Of a stretch of DNA of 52,808 nucleotides, positions 1-12,051 are shown piece after piece. Source of the DNA: Girardia tigrina (Eukaryota); NCBI GenBank assembly GCA_001938485.1, contig MQRK01186088.1, positions 44,854 to 97,661 on the forward strand, written 5' to 3'. The notes under the pieces were generated by a model that was given only the letters and a program-made list of their open reading frames with translations, was not told the DNA's origin and did not search any database. Each line of letters begins with the position of its first letter. Position 1 is the stretch's first letter. Both the position numbers and the translations under genes were made by a program.

Positions 1-189
1 ATATATATATATATATATATATTTATATATTTTTTAATTTAATTTATCTGTTTTTAAATTACTTTAATTTTATTTTAATTACTTTATTTAATTTTATTAC
101 TTTAATTTAATTATTTATTTGTCTAATGTTTAATTTAAATTTTTCTTATCTATGTTTAATTTTAATTTATTTAATATTTTAATTTAAAT

Positions 190-880
190 TGGGCTCAAGT
201 AAGGGCCAAAGATGATCACATCCAAAATAATGCATAATTTGTTCGTCGTAGCTGCCATGATCCACTAAATAAGAAAAACTTTCAACTGGAACGAAGATTC
301 ACAATGAAGGTGATGCTTTGAGAAGCCATTTCCATCATGGTAAGTGTCAATTATTGGCACAATGAACAGTGGCAAGTACATTGAAACTCTTCAAAATCAC
401 CAATTTCCCATTGCTCAGGAGAGATTTGGAAGTAATCCATGGCGGCTACATTAAGATGGTACACCATGCCACACCTCTCATGTCAAAGCATTTCCTGGAG
501 GAGAATGAAATTGTGTATATGATATGAGTGGTTAGTCACCTGACATAAACCCAATTTAACACATTTGGAATATTCTTAAGATGAAGCTATTCAAGATTGG
601 TAGTGGTAAAACGTGTGAAGAGGTAATTGTCAATGCCACCCACTTTTGGATGCATGATAGTTAATATAAAGACTGCGGCTATTAATTATGTGCTGTCCAT
701 GTCACGCAGAGTTCGAGAATTGCCTGCCATGAAAGGTGGTCATACTCATTATTAAACAATACATAATATTGGAACTCAATAGTTGCTTTTTTATATTTTC
801 TAGCTTGGTGCAATTAATGTATAAAGGTGTGTTAAATATGATAGATATTAACATGGCAAGAAAGTTTTTTTCTGTCACTC
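190..880 (+). mobile_element. Degenerate Tc1-like transposase 3' remnant
   Basis: Broken frames give GTMNSGKYIETL, DGTPCHTS and NPI*HIWNILK, resembling Tc1 DDE motifs; boundaries approximate. Confidence 0.55.
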
Positions 881-1911
881 CCAATTCTAAATAAGAAAGA
901 AAATTACCATTCTAATGCTATTTTTTTGTTAATTTATGTTTAAATATTTTTTGGCAAAAAAATCAATCGAAATATATTTATATATTGGATTTAAAAGGTT
1001 GTCGGTGTAACGAATTGATCAAAAGAAACATGAATATATTTTATAATATTTTTTTTGATTAAAATAAATCTTATATATATAGTCAGAAAATTATTGAAAA
1101 AAAATTGTAATAAGTTTTGATGACCTTGAGTTTTTTTTTGTTGATATAAAATTAATTAACATTGTAAACGTTTGATAATCTTACTTTTGTTTTGAATTTT
1201 AATACGTGACCTTGATTTGAAAACAGTTGTTAGAGTTTTTAAGTTGAATAAATTCAAATTGTGCGAGATAAATTGAATAAATAAAATTTGGAGTGTTTAT
1301 TTTGATATCGAGTGGTTTTATTATGAAATCGTCGCGGTTTTGCTTCTAATAATTTCGATTTCTGATACTCGTCATGTCTAAATTGAATAAATCGAACCTA
1401 GAACATTTGTCTGGAATTCGAGAGAAGATTCTCGATGAATTGAATTTCCATCACAACTGCCTGATTGATGTGATGGACATCAAATCGATTCTCGTGTTGT
1501 ATAATTTCGCTGTGTTATCAAAATTCGATCAAGACGATCAGTTCTATCATCGATTGTGAAAGATTGGTCGAGAAACATAAAGATGGAGCGATTAATGATA
1601 TCTATAATGAATTGAATCCGTATTCGAAGACGATAATGAACGCATTAAACAGTCTCAATGATATTGTGAAAGCGAAACAGTTACCTCCGACTGGATGGGA
1701 GAGGAATAAGTCTTTTGATTTTGTCGTCGGACAAGAAAAACCGTCAAATTTATTGACAATGATTCGGAGATCGAGTGCGTTTTGTGTATCCTGGTGTACG
1801 AAGGGATTTGTCATTAATCAGTACGACAATTTGATGAATGAAAAGCGTTCGAGCATCTCTATGGGCCCAGATGCTCCGTTCTTCCGGACAATTCGGAAAC
1901 AGTCGGTAAAA

Positions 1912-2982
1912 ATGGAGTTTTCAAAATCTAATAGTCGATTCCATGTATACGTTGAGTGGAAAATGGAACGACTGCAGCTGAAACCTAGAGAAAGTTGTTC
2001 AATGCCTTCCCTGATGATTGCCCAACGGAACGCATAATAAGAAACTGGTTCTCTGATTTTACCTCAGGCAAGCGGCTATCGTTGGACGATCACTCCCGAA
2101 GTGGACGTCCTTCAGCAACAACAACTGATGATTTGATTGAAAAAGTTAGGAACATAATTGAGCAGGATGAAAGAATGTCTTTAAGACACATAAGTGAAAT
2201 GCTTGATATCAACAAAGAATGAATAAGGACAATCCTCCATGAAAATTTGATCAGGAAAAACATTTTGAGCATCTGGATGCCTTATCAACTGACTGTTGAT
2301 CACAAACGACAACGTATTGAATCCTCAAGAAAGTTTTTGCAACTTGTGCAACAATATGGGAAAGAATACTTGATGAAACTTGGATATCATTTCCCCCTAC
2401 ATTATGTTCGCAAGTCGGTTGAGTTGGTACATGTTCACCATAAGTTTCTTATTTGTCGTGCATTACTCGAACTCCATTTTATTTTATTACAAATCTCAAT
2501 TTATTTTTTGGAAACAAATTATTCGCATGCTCACAAGAAATCTAGCAATAAATTTAGCTAAACGACTGGGTTAAACAAAAAACGGGATAAGCTTGTCTCA
2601 GCGTTTGACATAGATATGGAAGAAAGGGATTAATTTTGATTGGGATTATTTCTTATGTTATGGTTCTAATTTCACTCTTATCTTGACTTTTCGACAAGAA
2701 TATTTATTATTTCAAGGATTTATTTATATATCTTAAGTCTCTAAGTGTAAAAAATCATATTGTTGTTTCTTTGCAGTTCAATGATATCTCAATACTAATA
2801 CTGAAAAGGATGAAGCTTTTTCGACAACCGACAGTGTGAGGAAATATTCACGAGAAAAACTTTCACATGAATTTGATAAACTTTTTACACATGCTGAAAA
2901 TGTTATTTGTTGTAATGGTGAATATACTGTTGTGTAGAAATATATATTTGTTGTTTTATATTTGTTTTATTAAAAAATGAAA
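1912..2982 (+). mobile_element. Mariner transposase pseudogene, copy 1 (catalytic region replaced by foreign DNA at 2407-2831)
   Basis: MEFSKSNSRFHVYVEWK..PTERIIRNWFSDF..DDHSRSGRPS..WMPYQL (WVPHEL-like); near-identical to 4753-5134 and 5570-5740. Confidence 0.85.
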
Positions 2983-2984
2983 TA

Positions 2985-4135
2985 CAGTCAACCCTCATTA
3001 ATCCGAAAAATTAAAAATCGAATTCCTTTCGGATTGTGAAATAATTCGGATAATGAGGGAATATAAAATCAATATTATTATTAAATAAATGANNNNNNNN
3101 NNNNNNNNNNNNNNNNNNNNNNNNNNNNNNNNNNNNNNNNNNNNNNNNNNNNNNNNNNNNNNNNNNNNNNNNNNNNNNNNNNNNNNNNNNNNNNNNNNNN
3201 NNNNNNNNNNNNNNNNNNNNNNNNNNNNNNNNNNNNNNNNNNNNNNNNNNNNNNNNNNNNNNNNNNNNNNNNNNNNNNNNNNNNNNNNNNNNNNNTTCTT
3301 GGATGTATGTTATAGCTGTCATCGACCTTGCCATCTTTCAATTTCAAATTAAATCGATTTTTGAACCTATAGAGCCATCCATTACTAAACTGCAGGTCAC
3401 AAATATTCAGTTTTGGTCCAAATTCCTTTGCTTTTCTAATGATAATTTCATCAGTCACGTATCCATTTATCGCATCCATTCGAGATATCCATTCGATCAA
3501 TGACATCTCAAGAAGAGAATGGATTTTTGAAGATTGCCTAGTAAAAGTGTTTGAAATTTCACAATTTTCCCATTTCTCTTTATTTTTCAGAATTTCTGAT
3601 AATGTAGAAATTCCTAGGTCACAGNNNNNNNNNNNNNNNNNNNNNNNNNNNNNNNNNNNNNNNNNNNNNNNNNNATTTCTCTTTATTTTTCAGAATTTCT
3701 GATAATGTAGAAATTCCTAGGTCACAGTTTAATTCTCTTCTGACTATTTGAGATAAGTCATTCAAAGACATTTTCTTCGACTTCATTATTGCATAAATTT
3801 TTGCTTTTTGATAAATTGTTATTTCTGTTCTTTTTCTAGCCATATGGATTAAATTTTAAAAAATTATAACTGTAAATAATCTTATTATTTAAACAAAATT
3901 AATCTGAAAATTTNNNNNNNNNNNNNNNNNNNNNNNNNTCTGGATGATGTAATTTCGGATTATTGAATCAAATTTGACTTGAGACTTTCGAAAATTTTAT
4001 TAAAAAGAGCTTTCCGATTGCGGATTATGAAGTTTCGGTTTAATGAATCAATTTTGGTTGAAAACTTTTGAAAATTGGCCAGATATATTTTTTATTTTTC
4101 GGATTATTGAGGTTCGGATTAATGGGGGTTGACTG
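2985..4135 (-). mobile_element. pogo/Tigger-family non-autonomous element
   Basis: TIRs cagtcaaccctcattaatccgaa / ttcggattaatgggggttgactg with TA on both sides; minus-strand CENP-B-type HTH (MARKRTEITIYQK.., FSNGWLYRFKNRF). The empty site is visible at about 5740. Confidence 0.92.
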
Positions 4136-4137
4136 TA

Positions 4138-4648
4138 CAGAGGAGTAACGGAAAAAATTTTTTTTGTCATATTAATATTATATAAAACTTTTGGTTGTCT
4201 ATTGTTTAAATTTAGATTTAATTTCATTTCATTGTGTAATAAAAATAAAAATATTTTAAGATTTTATTTTTTCTTGAATCTTTTGATGTTCATTTTTTAT
4301 TTTGTATTTTAATAACTCTATTTGAATTTATTATGAACCAATTTACATTTGTAATCTTAACGATACAGATCAATTCTAACGATGGTCAAAACGTTAATAA
4401 TCTCGTCTTTTCAATAAAAATTATAAAAATAAGACTTATTTTTATATATTAAATTGACCTTATTCTCCATTTGAAAATTTCTAATTCCAAGAGTAGTACA
4501 ATTTGATAATACAAAAAATTTGTACTAATTTGATGAATATATCCGGCTCTAATGGCTCTACAATATCTTTATATTAAATATTTTGAGTTTAAATTAATAT
4601 TACGAATCAGTCATATAAATATATCGATTAATTGGATCTCCATGGAGG
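4138..4648 (-). repeat. Duplicate of 5742-6251 containing ADCK5 exon 9 and part of exon 8
   Basis: Near-identical sequence by direct comparison; ends at ctccatggagg. Confidence 0.92.
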
Positions 4649-4669
4649 TTTAATAAATTTTTAAGTTTA

Positions 4670-5780
4670 ATAAATTCAAATTGTGCGAGATAAATTGAAT
4701 AAATAAAATTTGGAGTGTTTATTTTGATATCGATATTATGAGGAATCTCTCACGGAACGCACAATAAGAAACTGGTTCTCTGATTTTTCCTCAGGCAAGC
4801 GGCTATCGTTGGACGATCACTCCCGAAGTGGACGTCCTTCAGCAACAACAATTGATGATTTGATTGAAAAAGTTAGGAACATAATTGAGCAGGATGAAAG
4901 AATGTCTTTNAGACACATAAGTGAAATGCTTGATATCAACAAAGAATCAATAAGGACAATCCTCCATGAAAATTTGAACAGGAAAAAGATTTTGAGCTTC
5001 TGGGTGCCTTATCAAACTGACTGATGATCACAAACGACAACGTATTGAATCCTCAAGAAAGTTTTTGCAACTTGTGCAACAATATTGGAAAGAATACTTG
5101 ATGAAATGTGGATATAATTTCCCCCTACATTATGGAGATTCGACTTACGAGTATGGGCCAGTGGAGATGATCCTCGACCACGTGATGTTCAAAACAAAAA
5201 ATTTGGACGAAGAACAATGCTTATTTTGGCATTCACAGCTGATGGTAAGTTTCACATCGAAGTAACAAAATCTGGGGAGGCTATCAATTCTGAAACATAT
5301 ACAGAATTCATTCAAAATAGTCTTACGAAGGTTAGTAAAAACAGGCGACGAGTGAATATGCGAGAAATTCTTTGGCAGCATCATAATGCTCGACCACATT
5401 CATCCAAGTTTACCACGGAGTTTTTTCAGAAAAAAACATGTTGAATTGATTAAACAAGATCCATATTCGCCTGATTTAAATCAGTGTGACAAATGGCTAT
5501 TCCAATTTTTAAAAGGATCACTAAGAACAACATCATTTGCAAGTGAGGAAGAGGTCTTACAAGCGGTCAGTGATATTATGAGGAATCTCTCACGAGAAAA
5601 ACTTTCACATTTGATAAATTTCAGAATTTGATAAACTTTTTACACATGCTGAAAATGTTATTTGTTGTAATGGTGAATATACTGTTATGTAGAAATATAT
5701 ATTTGTTGTTTTATATTTGTTTTATTTAGAAATTAGAAATACAGAGGAGTAACGGAAAAAACTTTTTTGCTATATTAATA
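4670..5780 (+). mobile_element. Mariner transposase pseudogene, copy 2
   Basis: DDHSRSGRPS, WVPYQ, WQHHNARPH and PYSPDLNQCDKWLF, with frameshifts. Confidence 0.9.
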
Positions 5781-6051
5781 TTATATAAGACTTTTGGTTG
5801 TCTATTGTTTAAATTTAGATTTAATTTCATTTCATTGTGTAATAAAAATAAAAATATTTTAAGATTTTATTTTTTCTTGAATCTTTTGATGTTCATTTTT
5901 TATTTTGTATTTTAATAACTCTATTTGAATTTATTATGAACCAATTTACATTTGTAATCTTAACGATACAGATCAATTCTAACGATGGTCAAAACGTTAA
6001 TAATCTCGTCTTTTCAATAAAAATTATAAAAATAAGACTTATTTTTATATA

Positions 6052-6160
6052 TTAAATTGACCTTATTCTCCATTTGAAAATTTCTAATTCCAAGAGTAGT
6101 ACAATTTGATAATACAAAAAATTTGAACTAATTTGTTGAATATATCCGGCTCTAATGGCT
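6052..6160 (-). CDS. ADCK5: ADCK5-like kinase exon 9 (terminal; C-terminus uncertain, possible donor after 6062)
   Basis: tgtag acceptor; AIRAGYIQQISSNFLYYQIVLLLELEIFKWRIR, reading through to TAA at 6052-6054. Confidence 0.7.
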
Positions 6161-6206
6161 CTACAATATCTTTATAATAAATATTTTGAGTTTAAATTAA
6201 TATTAC

Positions 6207-6281
6207 GAATCAGTCATATAAATATATCGATTAATTGGATCTCCATGGAGGTGTAATATTGAGCGTACTGTATTTAGATTT
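6207..6281 (-). CDS. ADCK5: ADCK5-like kinase exon 8
   Basis: RNLNTVRSILHLHGDPINRYIYMTDS matches the ADCK5 RNINTVRAI..G.PVDRY motif; GT-AG boundaries with consistent phase. Confidence 0.9.
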
Positions 6282-6328
6282 CTAAAATATTAGAATTTAA
6301 TCTTAAGAATTTTTCGCACTAAATGAAC

Positions 6329-6521
6329 CTGATAAACAGCAACATGGGCTTTGGCATTTGCCTCAAAACTGTCATAATTTTGTCGAAATGTTGTGAGGAT
6401 TTCTTTTTCATTTGATTTATGTCCTCATCTGATAATTTCGACTGGAATATTTTGAAATCTTGATTCATATCGTCGAAATTTAATGGACGTTGAAGAATTA
6501 TTTCTCCAAATGTCTTCCAAT
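6329..6521 (-). CDS. ADCK5: ADCK5-like kinase exon 7
   Basis: DWKTFGEIILQRP...FDKIMTVLRQMPKPMLLFIR; phase consistent. Confidence 0.92.
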
Positions 6522-6872
6522 CTTAATCATTATAAAAGAAAATAATGTGTAATTTAATTATAGTATTATTGTGATGATATAATGTTTCAAGTTAATACTA
6601 AAATTGCTATGCAAATATAAAATAGTACCTTTAGAAAAATGTTCAGAAATAAAAGTAATGATTTTGCAGAACAATTACGTAAAACCACTGTACTAACACT
6701 GGTGTTCAGTCATCGCTTTTCAGACATCATGTTAAAATCTCTTTAAAAAACTAATTTTCAACTAATAATATTTTTTTCAATCAATACATTAGAGATTTAT
6801 CATTATTTCAAAATAAAATAAAATTTAATCTATGATTATTTTGAAATTAAGAATATTAGATTAAGGCAAGTA

Positions 6873-8281
6873 CGAGGGGTGTCACAAAAGTTCGCGGACT
6901 GATAAGTAACAACAAATTCAAAAAGTTTATTTCAGTTAACAAAATTGATCAATCCTCATCAGAATCGCTATCTAACTTTTAATATAATCACCATTCAGTT
7001 GCACACATTTTTCCCACCTCTGTGTCAACTTCTTAATACCATTATCGAAGAAAATACGCGGTGTCTCCGCAATCCACGCACTGACTGCTGTTTTCATTTC
7101 ATCCACATTCGCGAAATGATGTCCTCGAAGGGGTTTCTTCAATGCCGAGAAAAGGTGATAATCACTCGGCGCTAGGTCCGGTGAATATGGGGGGTGAGGC
7201 AAAAGTGTCCAGCCCAATCGTTGCACGGTACTGACAGTCAACTTCGCTGCATGGGGACATGCGTTGTCCTGTTACAATAATGGGATGGATGACAACTTTC
7301 TCCGCCGTTTGTTCTTCAGAGCTTTGCGCAGATCTTTGTCGAGCAGGTTCGTGTAGTATGCGCTGTTGATGGTGACCCCGTTTGGCAGGTAATCAATGTG
7401 AATCATCCCATCACAGTCCCAAAAGACTGTAACCATTACCTTCGCGGCTTAGGGACGGTCTTCGTCTTTAAAGGCGGCACCATTGACGGAACTGCTCCTT
7501 GGTTTCAGGAAGATAAAACGGGAGCCACGTTTCGTCCACTGTCACAATCCGTGACCAGAACGCCTCACCGAGATCATGAACCAGTTACAGCAGTTCTTGA
7601 CACGCAGACTTTCGATTAGCCTTCTGGTCATTGTTGATGAGGTGCGGCACCCACCTGGTAGTCAGTTTCCTCATCTGCAGCTCCTCTGACATGATGCGGT
7701 GCACCTGGCTTTTAGAAACGCCTGTAATAGCTGCTATCTCACGGATAGTGCGATATCTGTCATTAAGAATGACTTCCTCGATAACTTTCACATTTTCTGG
7801 ACATCCGGACGTTGTTGGTCGCCCACTGCGTTCATCATCCATCAATGATTGCGCCCTGTCTGGAATCGTTGCACCCACTTAAAGACAGCCTTTCTTCCCA
7901 TAGCGGCATCACCAAAGACGCGGTGTTGTCCTGTTCTCTCAGTCCGTGAACTTTTGGGACACCCCTCGTAGATTAATAATTCCATCTTTATTTTAAATTT
8001 TAAACGGTGCACAATATCTGCAGTGGGGGTGTTTTCCTTCCAGAGGATGATTGCTCGTTGATATTTCACTGCCTCTTCCATACTAACTACTAGAGAGAAA
8101 AATGACAAAATAATACATTCGTATGTCACGCACATGCCGACGGGCAGCCAATGAGAGTTCACCTCAATTACAATTGGTTGGTTCCATATCATGTCATCGT
8201 ACACACACCGTGAGTTACAGTCACGCACACACGTGACCACGCCATATTCTCTCAGTCCGTAAACTTTTGGGACACCCCTCG
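6873..8281 (-). mobile_element. Mariner (DD34D) element, full length but inactivated, in ADCK5 intron 6
   Basis: TIRs (ta)cgaggggtgtcacaaaagttcgcggactga / tcagtccgtaaacttttgggacacccctcg(ta); motifs RWVPHL and HPPYSPDLAPSDYHLF; ATG at 8081, stop at 6972. Confidence 0.95.
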
Positions 8282-8662
8282 TAGATTAATAATTCCATCT
8301 TTATTTTAAATTTTAAATTAATAAATAATTTTTAATTTATAATTCTAGATTTAGAATTTAATAAATATAACCCGAGTACTCTGAATAATATAACCACTTA
8401 ATATATTCATCATTCATCTTGGTATAAGAAACAATCATAAAAAAACATAATGTATGCACAATACAATAAACACCATTAGAAAATATTCCTCCCAGTAATA
8501 CAAAGATTTTTTGCATTATTAACATATTGTGACCTGTAACATTTCAGCATCATTAAGCAGGATAAATATTTTAGACATTGTATATTTATAAAAATAATGT
8601 TTATAGGTTAAATTTTTTTAATAAAATATAAGGTTTTTATGAATAAATGAAACCGAATTTAC

Positions 8663-8954
8663 CGTGTACTCCCAATTGATTTGAAAAATATTTGGTATCT
8701 GAAAATTTACAGCTGATAAGCGATTTAATTAAACATGCTAAGTGATGCCTTTGGTGATCATACATAGACTCATATAGACCATGATCCAAAATAATCAAAC
8801 GTGGAAAATTTGATTTATTCACTTGAACCAATATATTGCCAGGATGAGGATCGGCATGAACAAACCCCGTATGAAAAAGTTGATGGGAAAATACTTGAAT
8901 CAGAAGTTTGTCAAGCCATTTTAAATTAATTTTTGCTTGTTTTAATTTATTAAC
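8663..8954 (-). CDS. ADCK5: ADCK5-like kinase exon 6 (catalytic loop)
   Basis: GFVHADPHPGNILV...IILDHGLY, the ABC1/UbiB kinase motifs; GT-AG boundaries. Confidence 0.95.
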
Positions 8955-9055
8955 CTATGATATTAAATTATTTAAAAAGGATAATGAATATACTTTAAAA
9001 TTATTTTCAACCAAATAAATAACCAAACTAGGTTGGAGTAATAATAAATCAGTTC

Positions 9056-9103
<48 letters not shown>

Positions 9104-9179
9104 TTTATATGGAAAAGTTTAAACGATAAAAATTTAATATAATCCTAGAATTTAAAAAATCAAATAAATATCAATGACA

Positions 9180-9780
9180 AGCAATCACAGCTTCTGATCA
9201 GTTCCGAGAATCCAAGATTTAGTCAACAGATCGTGGAGCATAAGTTTTTTCAAGCTCCATCCATGCTGACAAATAATAAACGAACAAAAAAATCATCGTA
9301 TGACGACAACCGTCTTGAAAATAACTTTATGAAATACTAAGAGAATCACACGCCCATTAATATCGAGTATTACATTAAATGACATGACCGCACCAGACAA
9401 CTGACAATCGAAATACTACTTATCAAACCCACATTTCAATCACATTTTAATTTCTTGTTAGACAGTGCACAGATTACTTTTACTTTAAACATCTCATCCC
9501 CAATATCCAACCTTAGTTCGCTTTAAGAAACTTTCACTATACACCTATTATACCTTTCACATGTTCTCAACCCATTAAGGTCTCATCTCACTTTGATCAA
9601 TTACTGAATTGTTACCGACACTATAATAACTCACCACACCACATTACTTAAAGGTAACGATAACGATAACAACAAACCGAAAAATATTTCGACACCTTCC
9701 TTCGCAATAACGGCTTCACCATCGTACTCCTTCGTCAACAGAAAATGATCTTCTAAACCATGGTTCGACCTAATCAACTT
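9180..9780 (-). mobile_element. Possible degenerate gypsy gag/protease remnant
   Basis: Broken minus frame LLTKEYDGE..ELRLDIGDEMFKVKVICAL; weak resemblance only. Confidence 0.3.
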
Positions 9781-10110
9781 AAAATCAACGACCTAATCAA
9801 TCTACTCTAAAAAAATTCATTTGAATTCAATGATTTTTCATTATTGTAAATTAAATATTGAAAATTAATTAACTGTTTTAATACTAAGGTTATTATGTAA
9901 ATAAAAACTTTAAAGCCTTCTTTAAAAAACTTTCTCATGGCCTTGATTTATAATATTTAATTAATTTTCTGCCTAAAAACATCAATATACCATCTTATCT
10001 ATCAGCCATGGAGAAAACATAATGTTTTCACAATATACATTAACGAACGCTGATGCAGTCAAGATGCACTGACAACAATAAGTGCAGTTATTGTAATTAG
10101 TGTCATGCAC

Positions 10111-10657
10111 CATAGGCGCCCACATGATTTTTTCCCGGGGGGACGAGTCAAAATAAAAAACTTCTAATGCATATATTTTTTTAAATAGCAATTTATTTAT
10201 TCATTCAGTTTTGTTCTCATGAAATTCAAAATCATAAAAACATATATCACATTAATAAACAACAACATACATAATAAACAGCATTACAAAAAAAATATTC
10301 GAATTGAATTGAACTGAACACTCATGTTTTTTCAAAAGTATTTGCCATAGGATATTGTTTCAAAATATGCTTTTGTACACCATTTATTTTTCTGGCCATC
10401 ACAAAGCAAAAATCTTTATGAAAATAATCTTCAATTCCTTGTTATTCATTTCTTTGATTATTAATCTATTTTGGAAAAATTTTTTCTCAGCCTATTGATT
10501 TAAATTATTTTTTAGATTTTAGTAGCCAACATCCTTCTAGCATCCCATTATGATTTTACAATTTCTTGGTACAATATTTTTTTTCAATTTTTTTAAAAAC
10601 ATTATTTATCCAAGGGAGGCAAGTGCCCTACCTTGCCCACCATTGTCTGCGCCCATA
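10111..10657. mobile_element. hAT-type MITE / deletion derivative
   Basis: Imperfect TIRs cataggcgcc / gcgcccata; 8-bp TSD tcatgcac / acatgcac. Confidence 0.7.
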
Positions 10658-11883
10658 ACATGCACCAGGAAATTTTATTATAAGCGATTAAATTTCTATT
10701 AAGTTTTGATTCAGTTGACCGAAAATTTGTTTACTGTAACCGGATTTTTAACACAGCTGATTTTACATTAACAAATTAAAAATACATGGATTTCTATTGT
10801 CAGATGCTGTTGCCACAAAATAAATTTACTATATCCGATTTTTTATTATGCCCAACTTTACAATAACCGGAAGATAATGGTAATTATTATTATAATTATA
10901 TTGTTGAGTTAAAAATCAAAATTCGATAATTTAGAATCTATTGGTAGTTACGATTTTCGTCTATCACAACAGAAGATTACTTAGAAATAATTATTTAAGA
11001 ACTCACGTTTTAACAAAGGGTATTTCAAAACTGTTTGATTCAAAAACAGTACAGTCTGCCGGAAAAAAATCTTATTATATTTATAATTTCTTTCAAATAA
11101 TATTAATAGTATAATAATTTGTCTTTTTTTTTAATTTTAGATATTTATATCAGAATTTAATATAATTAAAATATTTAAGTTTTAATTAATATTAATACTC
11201 AATTTGAGTTTTTAAATTAAAAAAAAATATTTTAATATTAATAAATCTCCTTATTCATCTCAATATTTTTTCTTCTATTATTTTTTCTTTTTACTTTCGT
11301 CCCAAAAAATAAAAACACCGTTTAAATGGTGCAAACCCTTTAATTTTCCATTTATTCTTTATTGGTTGTGTTTTTTTTTATCCGAGTAAGTGCTATTTCA
11401 CAAATACTTTAATAGGTAATATATTATAATTTTTATATATTATAACTATGATAATAATCATAATAATATGTATATAAACTCGAAGGCGCTTTGCAAATTC
11501 ATATAATTATTTGATATATCTATATTATAAATCATGATTTTAATAACATGTTTTAAATTTGATGTAAAAATAATCACGCTATATGATAATTATAGTGAGA
11601 ATTGATTATAAAAATACTAATAAGCGCTTACATATCAATAATCGTAATGCTTAAAATTTAAATAATTATATTAATAAAGTATAGATATATTAATAATAAT
11701 AATAAATACTCAATAAATATTAAATTTTTAATTGGCTTAAGAACAATATTATTTTATTCCGCCTACAAAGAATTTAACAATATATTACAAATTCATATTG
11801 TAATGATTTTCATTGAACTCGTATTATAGATGAAAAGTTAATTTGATAAATAATTTATTAATGCAATAAAATATTTCACTGAC

Positions 11884-12051
11884 ATCATTTACTTTAACAC
11901 CATCTATATATTCCATTGTCAAGATACGTTTACTACACAAAGCATCATATACTTTCGGTATGTGAACGTCACGAAAAGATTTAAGATCTTTAGCACAACG
12001 TTTGGAATTTTCTGCTTCATTTTCAAAATCCAATTCTTGAGCTAATGTTAC
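11884..12051 (-). CDS. ADCK5: ADCK5-like kinase exon 5
   Basis: VTLAQELDFENEAENSKRC..IPKVY..SKRILTMEYIDGVKVND. Confidence 0.95.

Noticed and set aside
6628-6738. Exon-like stretch containing VVLRN
   Set aside because: In-frame TGA, and the true motif lies in exons 7-8; no basis for invoking recoding.
8355-8533. Open frame after a ttacag acceptor (GHNMLIMQK...) as a candidate ADCK5 exon 7
   Set aside because: Exon 6329-6521 matches ADCK5 far better.
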